Shown piece after piece: positions 1 through 13,478 of a stretch of 64,000 nucleotides of DNA. Every line of letters starts with the position of its first letter. Position 1 is the stretch's first letter. Made by a program: the position numbers and the translations under genes. The DNA lies in contig NC_068985.1 in NCBI RefSeq assembly GCF_001194135.2, positions 85,771,819 to 85,835,818 of the forward strand, written 5' to 3'. Source of the stretch: Octopus bimaculoides (lineage: Eukaryota). The notes under the pieces are model-generated. The model was given only the letters and a program-made list of their open reading frames with translations, was not told where the DNA came from and made no database searches.

Positions 1-261
1 TACTTAATATAAGGTTACTAATTTAAGTGGTCAATTTAAGTGATGTTGCTAGAGTGTGGTGCTTAATACAGGTGACATTACGCCATTTTCCTATCTTTTC
101 CCACTTGCACACACACACACACACACACGTGTGTGTGTGTGTGTGTGTGTGTATTCAAATATGAAATAGAAGCAGAGCTAGTGTAATGAACATTATCAAC
201 CACACATACTTAATACACAAGCTCCCTCTATTTGGAGGTAGGCTGTGGTTTGGCATGGTGG

Positions 262-838
262 TGATTATTCTCTCAAAGTACTGGGTATTAAAACACCAGA
301 AAGTCACGGACAGGTAAGACAACTCACCCCGAATCCCATCCAGGAGTGATGGACATCAATGTTCCTCCATTTTTGTGGCTTATCGACATTATGTACCTGA
401 ATTGAACTGGAGGTGAATTGACTGCCATTTCTCACTCCTTATATGCATATATAGTGTGGAAACTATGAACTGGTATACCCGGACAGTGCATACATAAGTA
501 TAAGTTTAAATATGAAATAGAATCTCCTACCAGCAAATACACAGAACATGTCCATTTGGTATATGTGGCCGATCATGTGGCTGCTTCTATTTCATATTTG
601 AATTTATTCTTACCTATACATAGTTCAGGCATACGAGCACAGTTTTCACATTAGATGCATATAAATTATGAACTGGTGGTCAATTCACCTCCAATTTTGT
701 TTGGGTATATGATGTTGATAAGCCACAAAAATGACGAAACAGTGATGCCCATCATTCCTGAATGGAATTTGGGGTTAGTTGTCTTGCCTGTCATCCCTTT
801 CAGGTGTTTTAACACGCAGCACTTGGAGAGAATAATCA
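262..838. mobile_element. Fold-back / MITE-like palindromic element
   Basis: 262-422 is an imperfect inverted repeat of 679-838 (roughly 80% identity by eye). Inner pair AAATATGAAATAGAA (508-522) / TTCTATTTCATATTT (585-599) gives a centre near 550. Confidence 0.65.
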
Positions 839-939
839 TTTTTGCTCTTTATTGGCACATTCATGTTTTCTATATTCCCATAAGCAAATTTAATATGTAT
901 ATATATATATTCAATGCACCTGTGCCGAGCTGCATAAAT

Positions 940-1190
940 GCACCCATGCTGGTAGCACTTAAAAAGCACCCACCACACTCTGTTAAGTGGTTGTCATTAA
1001 GGAAGGGCATCCAGCCGTAGAAACCATACCTCAACTGACAGCTGGGTCTGGACAGGTCCTGGTAGCTAGCTCCATGTCAAACTGTCCAATCCATGTCAGC
1101 ATGGAAAGCAGATGTTAAACAATGATGATGATGATGAGGAGGATGACGATGATGACGATGATGATGACAATGATGATATATATATATATA
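940..1190 (+). mobile_element. RTE-type LINE 3' end (or RTE-partner SINE), (ATG)n tail
   Basis: AAAAAGCACCC...GGAAGGGCATCCAGCCGTAGAAACC...CATGGAAAGCAGATGTTAAAC followed by (GAT)n then (TA)n. The same family recurs more than 10 times in the window. Confidence 0.75.
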
Positions 1191-2707
1191 TATATANNNN
1201 NNNNNNNNNNNNNNNNNNNNNNNNNNNNNNNNNNNNNNNNNNNNNNNNNNNNNNNNNNNNNNNNNNNNNNNNNNNNNNNNNNNNNNNNNNNNNNNNNNNN
1301 NNNNNNNNNNNNNNNNNNNNNNNNNNNNNNNNNNNNNNNNNNNNNNNNNNNNNNNNNNNNNNNNNNNNNNNNNNNNNNNNNNNNNNNNNNNNNNNNNNNN
1401 NNNNNNNNNNNNNNNNNNNNNNNNNNNNNNNNNNNNNNNNNNNNNNNNNNNNNNNNNNNNNNNNNNNNNNNNNNNNNNNNNNNNNNNNNNNNNNNNNAAT
1501 TTCTTTCAATGATTTCTCAAATGGGTTTTTAAGTGGTTTGTTATTTAGAGTGTCACATTGCTCATCTTAAAACTCACTGGCACAAACAAAATCAATTTTA
1601 AAAAGTTCTCCTCAACTTTTTGAGTTACATTCCATCTTGAAATATCAATAACAACTTGACAAAACGAGATTTTCTTGTCCTTTTTTTTTCTCTTTTGTTA
1701 TTTGTTTTTAAAATTATTTTATATTAGTTTTTTTTTTCCTTTTCTTTTTTTCCAAACTGTTTCCAGAAACATTTAAAGCTATTTTACAATCATGAAACAA
1801 TACTGGATGAGAGAAAAAAGAAATTTAGTAAAATGAAAAAGAAATGAAATCAAAAGACAAACAAAAAACAAAGCACAGCACAAGAAAACACACAAACAAA
1901 TAAAATATTCTCTATGACATTTCAAATTTTTTGAAAATTAGTTTTTAATTTTCATTTTACCATTTCTATAATTTAAAGCTAATTTTTAACGATCCATCTG
2001 ATGATGATGATGATGATGATAATGGTGACGAGCAGCTATGGCAATGTGAGCTGAGGCAATGGGGGTGGATCCTATGTGGATTATCAACATACTAGAAACA
2101 ACAGCCAACACTTTTTCAACCCATGCAGCAGCCTTTGACAAAGGACACACTAAATAATGTAATCTGAGGAGAAACTATTGCTGGAAAGAAAATGATGGGG
2201 TGGTCGCCATTGGAATACTGTTGAACACTGATTGGTCTATCAGGATAGTTTTGTGGATTAAACTACAATAAAAGCAATGATTTGTTTTTTCCTAAAGTTA
2301 AAATTTACAGAGAAGTTGTTTTGTAGAGCAAATACACCCAGTTCTACAGAATCAGTGTCATGACGAGAGTGCATGGGTTGGGAGTTTGATCGGCAGAGGT
2401 GATCAGGTTGCATATGCCAGCCCTTTCGAACCCCCCCCCNNNNNNNNNNNNNNNNNNNNNNNNNNNNNNNNNNNNNNNNNNNNNNNNNNNNNNNNNNNNN
2501 NNNNNNNNNNNNNNNNNNNNNNNNNNNNNNNNNNNNNNNNNNNNNNNNNNNNNNNNNNNNNNNNNNNNNNNNNNNNNNNNNNNNNNNNNNNNNNNNNNNN
2601 NNNNNNNNNNNNNNNNNNNNNNNNNNNNNNNNNNNNNNNNNNNNNNNNNNNNNNNNNNNNNNNNNNNNNNNNNNNNNNNNNNNNNNNNNNNNNNNNNNNN
2701 NNNNNNN

Positions 2708-2738
<31 letters not shown>

Positions 2739-2800
2739 GCAACATACACTCACACACACACACACGTACGTACTCTCCCTTTACTCTCTCTCTTTTACTC

Positions 2801-3047
2801 TTGTCAAGCGATGTTGTGGGGGGACAAACACAAACACACAAACATATACACACACACATACATATATATATGTACATATATACGACGGGCTTCTTTCAGT
2901 TTCCGTCTACCAAATCCATTCACTAGGCTTTGGTTGGCCTGAGGCTTATAGTAGAAGACACTTGCCCAAGATGCCACGCAGTGGGACTGAACCCGGAACC
3001 ATGTGGTTGGTAAGCAAGCTACTTACCATACAGCCACTCCTACGCCT
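2801..3047 (-). mobile_element. tRNA-derived SINE (family B)
   Basis: Reverse strand reads AGGCGTAGGAGTGGCTGTATGGTAAGTAGCTTGCTTACCAACCACATGGTTCCGGGTTCAGTCCC, with A/B-box-like motifs. Homologous copies at ~41.8-42.1 kb and ~53.2-53.4 kb. Confidence 0.8.
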
Positions 3048-4526
3048 ATGTACGTACACTTATTTCATACATGTTCATGCTTGGTCAGGGATTTCTGGAA
3101 CTTGTCCATGGACTGTACACAGAAACCCCTCTGTAATACCAAGAATCTCCCCATGAACATAGTAACTCAAATTCACCACTGATATTTCCCCTATAAACAT
3201 AGGCTGAATGATTCTACGATACAGTATATCTGCCCTTCATCTCAATCCCTTCATATCATCCCCACAGAGGCACCAATAACATCAGGCCATGATGTTGTTC
3301 TGGCCACGATGATGCTCCTTCTTACATTGTTCACTGTTTCTTCTGTCGCCAAATTCAGGTAGTATTGTTTTCAGGTATGAGCCCTCTGGGCAGCTGCTTG
3401 TGGATCCCATGAGTCCAGAGGCCCCATACTAATTCATATGTATATGGTGACCTGAGTACATCGCTTTGACCTGGTTATGGCCTATAATGCTGTTATTTGG
3501 TACTCCTGCAACCAACAACATGTCTACAACAATTCTCCGATCGACATCTTCTGCTCCTTTAATATTAAAATCCTTAAGTAAGGATTATTTTAGAAAACTT
3601 TCGACATTTCCAGAACTGAAAACCTGTTTTTAATCATGATAAAAAAAGTTTAAAAAATGGATGTGTGTGTGTGTGTGTGTGTGATGAACAACAAATTATT
3701 TGGTTGCTTCTTTTTTTTCTGGTTTTCTTCCCCATTTCTTGAATGTGAAGCTAATTTTTAACCAAAAATATCACTAAAGGAAAATGAAATTTATTACTGA
3801 GAGAATGTTTTATTCTGTTTAAACATTGCTAGAATTTAAAATATATTTTCACTCATAAATAATACTTCATTGATTTATTTTTTGGTGTTTTTTTATCTTT
3901 CAGAATTTAAAGCTAATTTCTTGCCATAAACAACACTGGATAAAAAAAAAAAAAAAAAAAAATGATAATGGTATTGATGAAAGAATTTTTACAAAAAAAA
4001 AAAAATTCTTGGTTATAAATAAAACTTGAAGCCCTTAGTTGTAAAATTACTTCATGAAAATCAATGTGACTGAGGCATTTTCTGTACTTGGACCTCACAT
4101 TTTCTGTTTTGTCATAAATAATTTTAGATAAAAGATAACTCATAATATTGCATTTTACTTCCATTTTCCAAAATGACATATAAAAAAAATATGATTCTTG
4201 GTAGAAGTAGGAACCACCATCATTGCTGCTGCTATCCTTATCCTCATATTCTATTAACTTTGCAGGAAGCATCAATTGAGAGGAATTCTTTGCAAGAAAT
4301 AACATATTTGTTAATACACCTAACATATGTGACACCTTTGGTGTCCTGTGACATCTGCTGTAATCTTGGGCTGACAATATCTTTGAAACTATATGGAAAC
4401 TTGTGTGTGTGTGTGTATGAATGTATGTACCCATGTATGTGTGTACATATGTTTGTGTGTGTATGGGTGTATATGGTGTGTGTATGCATGTATGTATGCA
4501 TGTATGTATATATGGATGTATATGTA

Positions 4527-5120
4527 TCAGGTCATTAAGAATGAAATGTCCGAGTTTAATCCACTTTATCTCAACAAAAAGCAATGCAGTTAAAGTATGC
4601 ACCTAAATTATCAACACAATTTTGCTGTTTTATCGGTAGCTTAATTATGCGAGCAGCGAAGAATTCTGGAGAGCAAGAGCTGATGAAATAACAAAAGGTC
4701 GTTTTTGCATCTTCTACACATTTAAAGATTTTTCCTTGTAAAAAGTTGTCTAATGCCTGGAAAACATGATAGTCAGTTGGTGCAACTTCTCAAACCATCG
4801 ATGTACAGTGCATTCATTCGCCGCATCTTCACCAAATACCTCATTGATATTTCAAGCTGTCTGGTCTGGGATGCATTGGTTCCATTATAGAACTCATATT
4901 CATAAACAACACAAATTTTTGATCTATCCATGGGTTTACAAAAACTGATTTTCAAGAGAAAACTCACAATATAATCAGACACCATGAATTGCATTTTGAA
5001 AAGTGATGACATAACTCTTCAATGTTGCAAAACAAAGAATTGTCAGAATAAAACATTAGAGTTAATGACTGTCAAATTTGGTGTATTTGAAAATCGGACA
5101 TTGCATTCTTAATGACATGA
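4527..5120 (-). mobile_element. Internally deleted mariner transposon with both TIRs and TA target duplication
   Basis: TIRs TCAGGTCATTAAGAATGAAATGTCCGA and (reverse complement) TCATGTCATTAAGAATGCAATGTCCGA, 2 mismatches in 27. TA at 4525-4526 and 5121-5122. Minus-strand relic MDRSKICVVYEYEFYNGTNASQT..NINEVFGEDAANECTVHRWFEK (ATG at 4931) resembles the mariner N-terminal HTH region. Confidence 0.9.
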
Positions 5121-6616
5121 TATCAATGACCTGTAGGGTCATTGATACATTTACATGCTTTGATTTGCAGGAAGTAATTTTACAACTAGGAAATTCAAGT
5201 TTATTTATTTGCAATCTATATGTTTACAAAGAAGTAATGAGCAAAAAATGACGAGTTGTATTGACATTTTTTGTCATGAAACCAACTTCCAGTTCTAGGG
5301 TTTTGAAGTAGAATGAACAATCCCTAACCTAAAAAAACTGATAATGGTTAGCAACAGGAAAGGCATCTGACTGAAGAGTGATACTGCAATAACAAGCATT
5401 TGACTAATAAGCAATAACATATAAAATAAAGAATTATTAAGAAGTGGCTCTCATGCCCACCAAACATTTGTTATGCTACTGTCATATTATCAATTCATCA
5501 TAATAAATAAAAACGATAAAACTGCAATATTTTACTGATTGAGTTAGCATTCATTACTGTATTGTTGTCACTACTATTTATGTCCTTAATTAGTTTGAAA
5601 AAAATATTAAAATGTATTTTCTAATCAATACTAACTAAAAAAGTAAATTATTGCTCAATTTAATTCTTTCAATACAAAACTGCTTGACACTGCCATGAAT
5701 TCTACCCATTTTTAGATTTAAATTAAAACTTTTCAAAGTAATTTTATTTAAGACTCTTTGCTAAAGTTACGCTCCAAACACCAGCTTATTAAAATTAATT
5801 AAAAAAATTATCACTAAATACCTTTTAGTATTTAATTATTTTCAAAATTGACTGAAACACATATGTGGGACACCAGAAAAAAAATGTCTAGGGACATCCT
5901 GTTCACATTCAAAATAATTGTGAGTTAATTTTATTTTATTTAATTAGGGAGGGGGCCAATCACATAAGCTCACAGTTTTCCTTGGTTGTCTGACTCTACA
6001 GTGATGTACCAAATGAACCCTAGGCTTATATGTTGTGTATTTCATTGGAAATATAGCCATAAAAAGATTAAAAAATCATAAAATATACATAAATTAAATA
6101 TGTCTTGGAGACCTTCAGTTTATTGGCAGAAAATGTTTGTAGTGAGAGGTTTATGGAAGAAGACAGAGAATATAGTGACATAAACCTTTGTTGAGAAATA
6201 ACTGCTTTTCACTAAAGCACAAAGTTTATAAAATAAAGCAATTTAAAAATATTGTGTGAAATAAAGGCATGAAATAAAGAAGCAAGCAATACAAGATATT
6301 TTCCCCAGGAGAATAAACTTTACAAAAGGAAGAAAATATAAATAAAAATAATCAAAATTGTAAGTGTATAAAATCAATATGTGTGTCTGTGTGTGGAGAA
6401 GAAAAATGAAAGTAAAATAAATCTAAATTTAAGAAGAAATGAAAGCTTCAAAATGTGGAATGAAAACTATGCTAATAGTTTAAATGTACCAATGATAAAA
6501 GACAGACAGCAGCTCATCTATTGAAAAACACATTATTTTGTACACAGATATGTCCAAATCTAATTGGCGTTTACAATATTATATGTCTAATGTCATATAA
6601 CAACTTCAGCACAGAC

Positions 6617-6784
6617 ACATACATACATTCGTACATATGTACATACATACGTAAATACATACATACATACATACATTCGTACATAAGTACATACATACAT
6701 ACATACATACATTCGTACATATGTACATACATACGTAAATACATACATACATACATACATACATTCGTACATATGTACATACAT

Positions 6785-6815
<31 letters not shown>
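6617..6815. repeat. Composite (TACA)n satellite with recurring CATTCGTACATAWGTAC motif
   Basis: Motif recurs four times within a (TACA)n/(CA)n array. Confidence 0.85.
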
Positions 6816-6909
6816 TATTGTTTGATATCAAATCATAAGCACGTCTTGTGGGTTGACTGATCTAAAATATTCTTCCTCTTTTTAGTGCTGGAGTATGAGT
6901 TTGAGGAAG

Positions 6910-7080
6910 ATTTGACTGCTATTTCTAGATTGAAAGACCATACAGAAACACCCTCTTGGAACCAAGGTTGGATATATCTATCCATATTACACACTATAGT
7001 CTTACAAGACATGATGGTCATGGCTGGAATGCCTTTGATTATAGGTGTGTTCAGGCAGGGTTGACAACAAAAGCAACAAT
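6910..7080 (+). mobile_element. SINE-like repeat (family E), (CAA)n tail
   Basis: ATGGTCATGGCTGGAATGCCTTTGAT...(CAA)n tail. Related copies at ~52.15-52.35, 55.5-55.68, 56.6-56.7 (-) and 60.0-60.17 kb (-). Confidence 0.6.
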
Positions 7081-8029
7081 TTCTAACATTTGTACATAAA
7101 ATAGAATAAAATATTTCAATGAGTTTAATTCTTAAGTTATTATTCATTATTCGTTATTCATTATTATTCATTAAAATTGTTCTCAAGACACAGTAGTTCA
7201 CTGTAATCGTATGTGATACTCTACCTTCTTATACTCTTCAAATCTATTTCACAGTAAAGGTACACCCTCTCCCCAACGTTCTTCACTCACCCATTTTACT
7301 GTGAGGGATGTGTTTCAATCATGCTTTCATTCTGTCAGTATTTATCATATTGTCCCTGGGCCTTCCTTAGTCTGTTGACAACTTTTCCATCTTTTATAAT
7401 AAAACCATACAACTTCTTGCAGCCCTTTATCCTGTTAAAAATTTAATGTTAGGACTTGAGAACCTCTTGAATATGGTAGTTGAGGCCTTTCAGGCCTTTT
7501 TAATTTGTAACCAACCTTTCTCTTAAGTCCAGTTTGTGTTTTTTAATACACTTTATGTTTTAATCACAGGTATGACTAATCTCCATCCTTCACTCTTGAA
7601 GAGACAAAAGATCTATATCCAATGATGATGCAAGCCTTGGCAAGGTTAGGTCTCCTTCTCACTGCAGTGATGTTGCCCAAGAGAAGAGCAAAGACTGAGA
7701 CAGCTTGGCACCTGTATTGTCGTTACCCTGGGTCTGTGGCCAACATATTTAACTCTCACCAAGCTACCAATGGGAATATCAGGGTAGGAACAATCTTACT
7801 GGGTCTTCTCTGGGTTAGAGGAAACAACCTTACCATTTAACTTTATAGAAGTCTTAATCTTAAGCAACATTGTCCTTGGATTTCAGCTCTGATTCTGATT
7901 ACAAGTTTTGTGTATTATCTTATTTAGCCCTAGGTTGGCAATGATTGAACACATTTATGATCACAGGTATGGCAGCTATAACCAACAAGTCTTTTATTCC
8001 AGCATTGTATCAGAGATCCTTTTAAATCA

Positions 8030-8400
8030 AGCAGACATTAAGGGGGTTTTCCAAATATGAACACCCTATATTTTATTTGAACAGTGTATCTAAGACTTTG
8101 TCTTGGGAAACATATTAAACTGCATCTAATGGTGAGACTCCAGCTTGGGCTTTTAGTAGTTTTGGAGAATATTGAGTTATTCCTTATTCAACCCTAATCC
8201 CGGTTTCTACCGACCTGAAGTAGGAGACACTGTTAAGGGCCCTGGTTATGAGTCAAATAGTAGAAGATGATTGTGCGTCTAAGGTATACAGGGAGAAGAG
8301 CTGATCCCTAGATATACATCACACAGACCCACTGGTGAGTGCATATGCCCTGATGTCACCTGAACCAGTTACTTCTTAAGGGTTAAAGTGACCCAATTCC
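8030..8400 (+). pseudogene. Highly degenerate non-LTR reverse transcriptase remnant
   Basis: Motif echoes in the expected order, with stops and frameshifts: ADIKGVF (cf. LDIKGAFD), GIQG..LIP (cf. PQG..LSP), GCATATGCC..GATGTCACC (cf. AYADDV). Confidence 0.3.
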
Positions 8401-9500
8401 TTAAAGGTAATTCCAAGAGAGCAAGGCACTAGTAGAGTAATCTGTAAATCAATTGACAGAAGGTAATGGAGAAACCATTGTATCTTTTCCAAGAAAGATT
8501 TTGAATCTCCAGTCTTTGGTATGGAGAGCCATGACTACTGAAGCTTAGAAAACAGGCATGGTGCTAGGACTACATTTGTATCTGTTTATTCTCTTATTAT
8601 ATTGTTTCCATGTTTTTGAAGACAGTAGACTTTGATTTAAGATATATAACTGCTATATCTAGCAGATCATGCAACCCTGTAAAGACCCCTAATGCTCAGC
8701 AGGCTGTTAGTGGGATGATGTTGGTTGCTGCAGTGATGTGTGTCAACAGACCATGCCATATTAAACACATTACTCACAGATGTCCATCAACAGGTGGACA
8801 ATCTTCACAACAAACAAAAGGGATTAGCACCACATTGCTTCAATGTGTCTCACCAAGAATATGGTTTCTGCCAATTCTATGTCCAGGAACAAAGACTACA
8901 GAAAATAAATTCGTTTCAGTCCTATACAATAAGAGTTTTACAACAACACACACATTCTCTCTCTATCTCTCTCTCACTCTGTCTCCCTCTCCATTTATCT
9001 CTCTCTTTCAGCCATTCCTCTTTACTTGATCCATTAGTTTTATACTCTTCCTAATTTATATCTCATCTTCATTCACTACATCACCTTATTCACTTAATAA
9101 CAGTGCTAATAATAAATAGCTCTTTAGATTTCGATGGCAATTTCCATAGCTTATTGGTTTACGCAGCTCAAAAAATTAATAACTTATTTTCTACACTATA
9201 AATTTCATAAAATACTATTTTTAAGATTTGATTTATAGTAATATTTATTTAGAAAAGATAAAATAATATTAAAAAAAAATATTTAAAAAATTATCGTGAA
9301 TTACAATCCATTTTGAAATGTTTAAATTATTTGTTGTTATCTTTTTAACATGAAATAAAAAAAAATTCTATCAAAATAATTATTCAATTTAAATTACCTG
9401 AATATCATCATTTTTAGCAATTATTTCTAAATATTCCAATGCATGGAACCAAGCTACTCAAGAAATTATGAGAGGGGCGAGTAAGACCAATAGCAGGAGA

Positions 9501-9502
<2 letters not shown>

Positions 9503-9586
<84 letters not shown>

Positions 9587-9636
9587 GAAGAAGAAGAAGA
9601 AGAAGAAGAACAACAACAACAACAACAATAATAATA
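9503..9636. repeat. Compound trinucleotide microsatellite (AAT)n-(AAG)n-(AAC)n
   Basis: Seen directly; explains the poly-N/K/I/L/Y ORFs. Confidence 0.95.
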
Positions 9637-9860
9637 ACCCCAACAGCCACAAAAAAATACTAAAAAAAAAGAACTCAAAATTGTTTGTCCCTTCTAGAAC
9701 TAATTTTGACAAACGAAAAAATAAAGAAAGAAAGAAAAGAAAAGAAATGCATCATAATGGGAAATTTCTGGTTAATTATTACACTGCAGTTTATAAAAGT
9801 CTAGAAAAATCCAGCTATTATGAATTTAATTGAAAGAAAAAAATAAATGAATAAAATCAT

Positions 9861-9893
<33 letters not shown>

Positions 9894-11999
9894 GAGAGAA
9901 AAACAGGAAGAAAACCAAGTTTAAGCTAAATGTTTTGAAATTTGAATTTATAATTAGTGTTTGTGAATCGTTCAATGAATTCAAACAGCAAAACCCCCGT
10001 CCCAATCATTGAATACATTGCTACAACTGTTAAAATCAATTCCCTCATCTAAAATATTGTAAATATTCAGTTTAATTGATAAAAAAATTAAAATAAAATA
10101 AAACTATCAATAAATTCTTTTAAAAAATATTTTCTTTCATTTTCTCTTACACACACACACACACACATATATACATACATATTTTTCTTTTCCTTTTTGT
10201 TCAATCCTGAAATTTTGGTTCAATCATTTTTAAGATTGCTAATACTAAAAGCAATTGCAACTAAAAATTACAAACAGGTGGGGAGGAGGAGGGGGGGGAG
10301 GGCACAAAATAAATAAATATATAAAAAATAAATAAAATAGTTGAACCTAATCATTTAAGGAAGAATTACTTTGTTTTTGATTTTCTTTAGTTTTTTTGTT
10401 CCTTTCTAATTCTTTTTGTTGTAAATTGCACCTTAAATGGAAACAATGGATAGATCCATAGCAATTATATTGAAGAGAGATAGGTTGATAGATAAATAGA
10501 TAGATAAAGTGAAAGAGAGAGAGAGAGAAAGGGTGAGCTCTTTGTTTCATTCGAATGATTGTCTTCTCACAAACTTTGCATTTGGCAAAATCTTCGTTTA
10601 TCCAGTGAATGTCTTTGAGTCACTGAATAAACCGATCTCAGCTTTCTTCAATCTGTTCAATGAACCAGTTAAATACCTTTCAACAAATGATTTATTTTCT
10701 GTAAAATTGGGGTTATAACATAAGGACCTAATTTATTGGATCATTAACTTCATCTTTAGAGAGGAAATTTCTTTTATATTTATATTAATATCAACATCAT
10801 AAGTTCAGCTTTTCTTCCATTTTTACATCCATTTTTCCATGATAACATGGGTTAGATGAACACATAGGGTTGAAGCATTGTTTTGCAGCTGGATGCTCTT
10901 CCTACTGCCGATCCTTATCTTTCCTCCAGCAAGGGAGTTGCCATTCTACACAGCTTCTGGGCAATTCATTGACAAGGAAAAGACAGTGTGGAACACCAAC
11001 CATATCTCAGTCATTTAATTGAAGAATGAAAATATTCTCATGTATGCACGCACAAACACACACAATGGGTTATGTAAAGTTTCTGTCTATCAAATACACT
11101 CAACAAAGTCAGCTAATAATAATAATGCTAATAATAATAATAATAATCCATGGATGGAATTTATAAATATTGGTAGAAACACATGTAGCAATACATTAAA
11201 ATATTTACAAATTCCATCCATGGAAATATTTCATATGTTAAATTTGAATTTCACTAATTTTAGATTGCTTTGATAATTCTTGTGTTAACATATATTTCCA
11301 GAAATATTAATATTAATTTCAATTATATTTTGTGTGTGTGTGTGTGTGTGTGGGACAAGGTGGTGGAAGATGTAAGCAAGGGAATCCAGACATTGGTGAG
11401 AGAAATGAGTGTTGGGGTCACCGCTGTGAAGCTGGCCCTGAATGAAGAACTTTGCAATCAAGTGTACAAAGATGTGCAAGGGACAAAGTCTGACAAAGGC
11501 AAAGAAGATCCTGAATATATATATATCATCATCATCATCGTTTAACGTCCGCTTTCCATGNNNNNNNNNNNNNNNNNNNNNNNNNNNNNNNNNNNNNNNN
11601 NNNNNNNNNNNNNNNNNNNNNNNNNNNNNNNNNNNNNNNNNNNNNNNNNNNNNNNNNNNNTGCGACGTTGATTTCATTACACTCCCTTCACCACGGCTTC
11701 ATGAAGGAGGAAAGCAGGGGAGAGGTGTCACACGAACAGGTGCAGGTGTTCGCGTGAACGCTAACACCGCCAGCAACAACAACAGCGACATCGTCGCAAA
11801 GGCTTCGACCTTAAAGAAGAGAAACGCCACCACCACCACCACCACCACAGCTTCACCGTCAACTGCTACAACGGACGCTTCTCCCACCACCACCACCACA
11901 AATTTCGCTGAAGCGATTTAAGACAGAAAAAGAAAGATTCTTAACTTTCACTGCCCAACAAATAAAAGACACGGTTAAACTATAGTAGACAGACAGACA

Positions 12000-12053
12000 G
12001 ACAGATAGATAGAAACAGACAGATGGATAGATAGATAGTTATATAGATAGATG

Positions 12054-12085
<32 letters not shown>
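12000..12085. repeat. (GACA)n/(GATA)n tetranucleotide microsatellite
   Basis: Seen directly. Confidence 0.9.
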
Positions 12086-12086
<1 letters not shown>

Positions 12087-13319
12087 CTTTTATTAGCCAT
12101 ACAGGGCTGTACACAGAGGGGACAAATACAATTACTCTTTTACCTGTTTCAGCCNNNNNNNNNNNNNNNNNNNNNNNNNNNNNNNNNNNNNNNNNNNNNN
12201 NNNNNNNNNNNNNNNNNNNNNNNNNNNNNNNNNNNNNNNNNNNNNNNNNNNNNNNNNNNNNNNNNNNNNNNNNNNNNNNNNNNNNNNNNNNNNNNNNNNN
12301 NNNNNNNNNNNNNNNNNNNNNNNNNNNNNNNNNNNNNNNNNNNNNNNNNNNNNNNNNNNNNNNNNNNNNNNNNNNNNNNNNNNNNNNNNNNNNNNNNNNN
12401 NNNNNNNNNNNNNNNNNNNNNNNNNNNNNNNNNNNNNNNNNNNNNNNNNNNNNNNNNNNNNNNNNNNNNNNNNNNNNNNNNNNNNNNNNNNNNNNNNNNN
12501 NNNNNNNNNNNNNNNNNNNNNNNNNNNNNNNNNNNNNNNNNNNNNNNNNNNNNNNNNNNNNNNNNNNNNNNNNNNNNNNNNNNNNNNNNNNNNNNNNNNN
12601 NNNNNNNNNNNNNNNNNNNNNNNNNNNNNNNNNNNNNNNNNNNNNNNNNNNNNNNNNNNNNNNNNNNNNNNNNNNNNNNNNNNNNNNNNNNNNNNNNNNN
12701 NNNNNNNNNNNNNNNNNNNNNNNNNNNNNNNNNNNNNNNNNNNNNNNNNNNNNNNNNNNNNNNNNNNNNNNNNNNNNNNNNNNNNNNNNNNNNNNNNNNN
12801 NNNNNNNNNNNNNNNNNNNNNNNNNNNNNNNNNNNNNNNNNNNNNNNNNNNNNNNNNNNNNNNNNNNNNNNNNNNNNNNNNNNNNNNNNNNNNNNNNNNN
12901 NNNNNNNNNNNNNNNNNNNNNNGTTTTGGGAGTAGGTTACAGATAATGACTACAAAATATAGTTGTTTTATATGAAAGCGAAGTTCCTTGTCAGAAACAG
13001 CCACATAAATGGTGGAAAGAAATTGAAGGAAGACATTGAGACTTCCCTCTGCGAGTTTAACAGCAAAGGGAGCTATTTTTTCAGAGAGATAAGCTAACAA
13101 AAGCCCCTTTATTTTGTCTTCCGACATAGCCTGCACATAAATAGCGAATGCCGCATAAAGTTAAATTGCTTAGGAGCTTTCTGAAAGATACGTAGAGTTT
13201 TCGATAGTGAAAGCAAAACTCGGCAGAGTTATGATGTAAGCATGTGCTAAGACCCCCTCATAACTTTTTTTTTTCATTTTTACGAAATTTTACTAAATTT
13301 TTTTCGATTCTGTCTTCTC

Positions 13320-13478
13320 TTTTACTTGTTTCAGTCATTTCACCACGGCCATGCCGGAGCACCGCCCTTTAGTCGAGCAAATCGACACCATGGCCCACTC
13401 CTTGCAAGCCCAGCACCTATTCCATCGGTCTTCCCCTGCCGAACCGCTAAGTTACGGGGGACGTAAACACACCAGCAT
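13320..13478 (-). mobile_element. SINE family B 3' fragment
   Basis: TTTACTTGTTTCAGTCATT..GGCCATGCCGGAGCACCGCC..GAACCGCTAAGTTACGGGG; matches the 41.73-41.86 kb copy. Confidence 0.7.
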
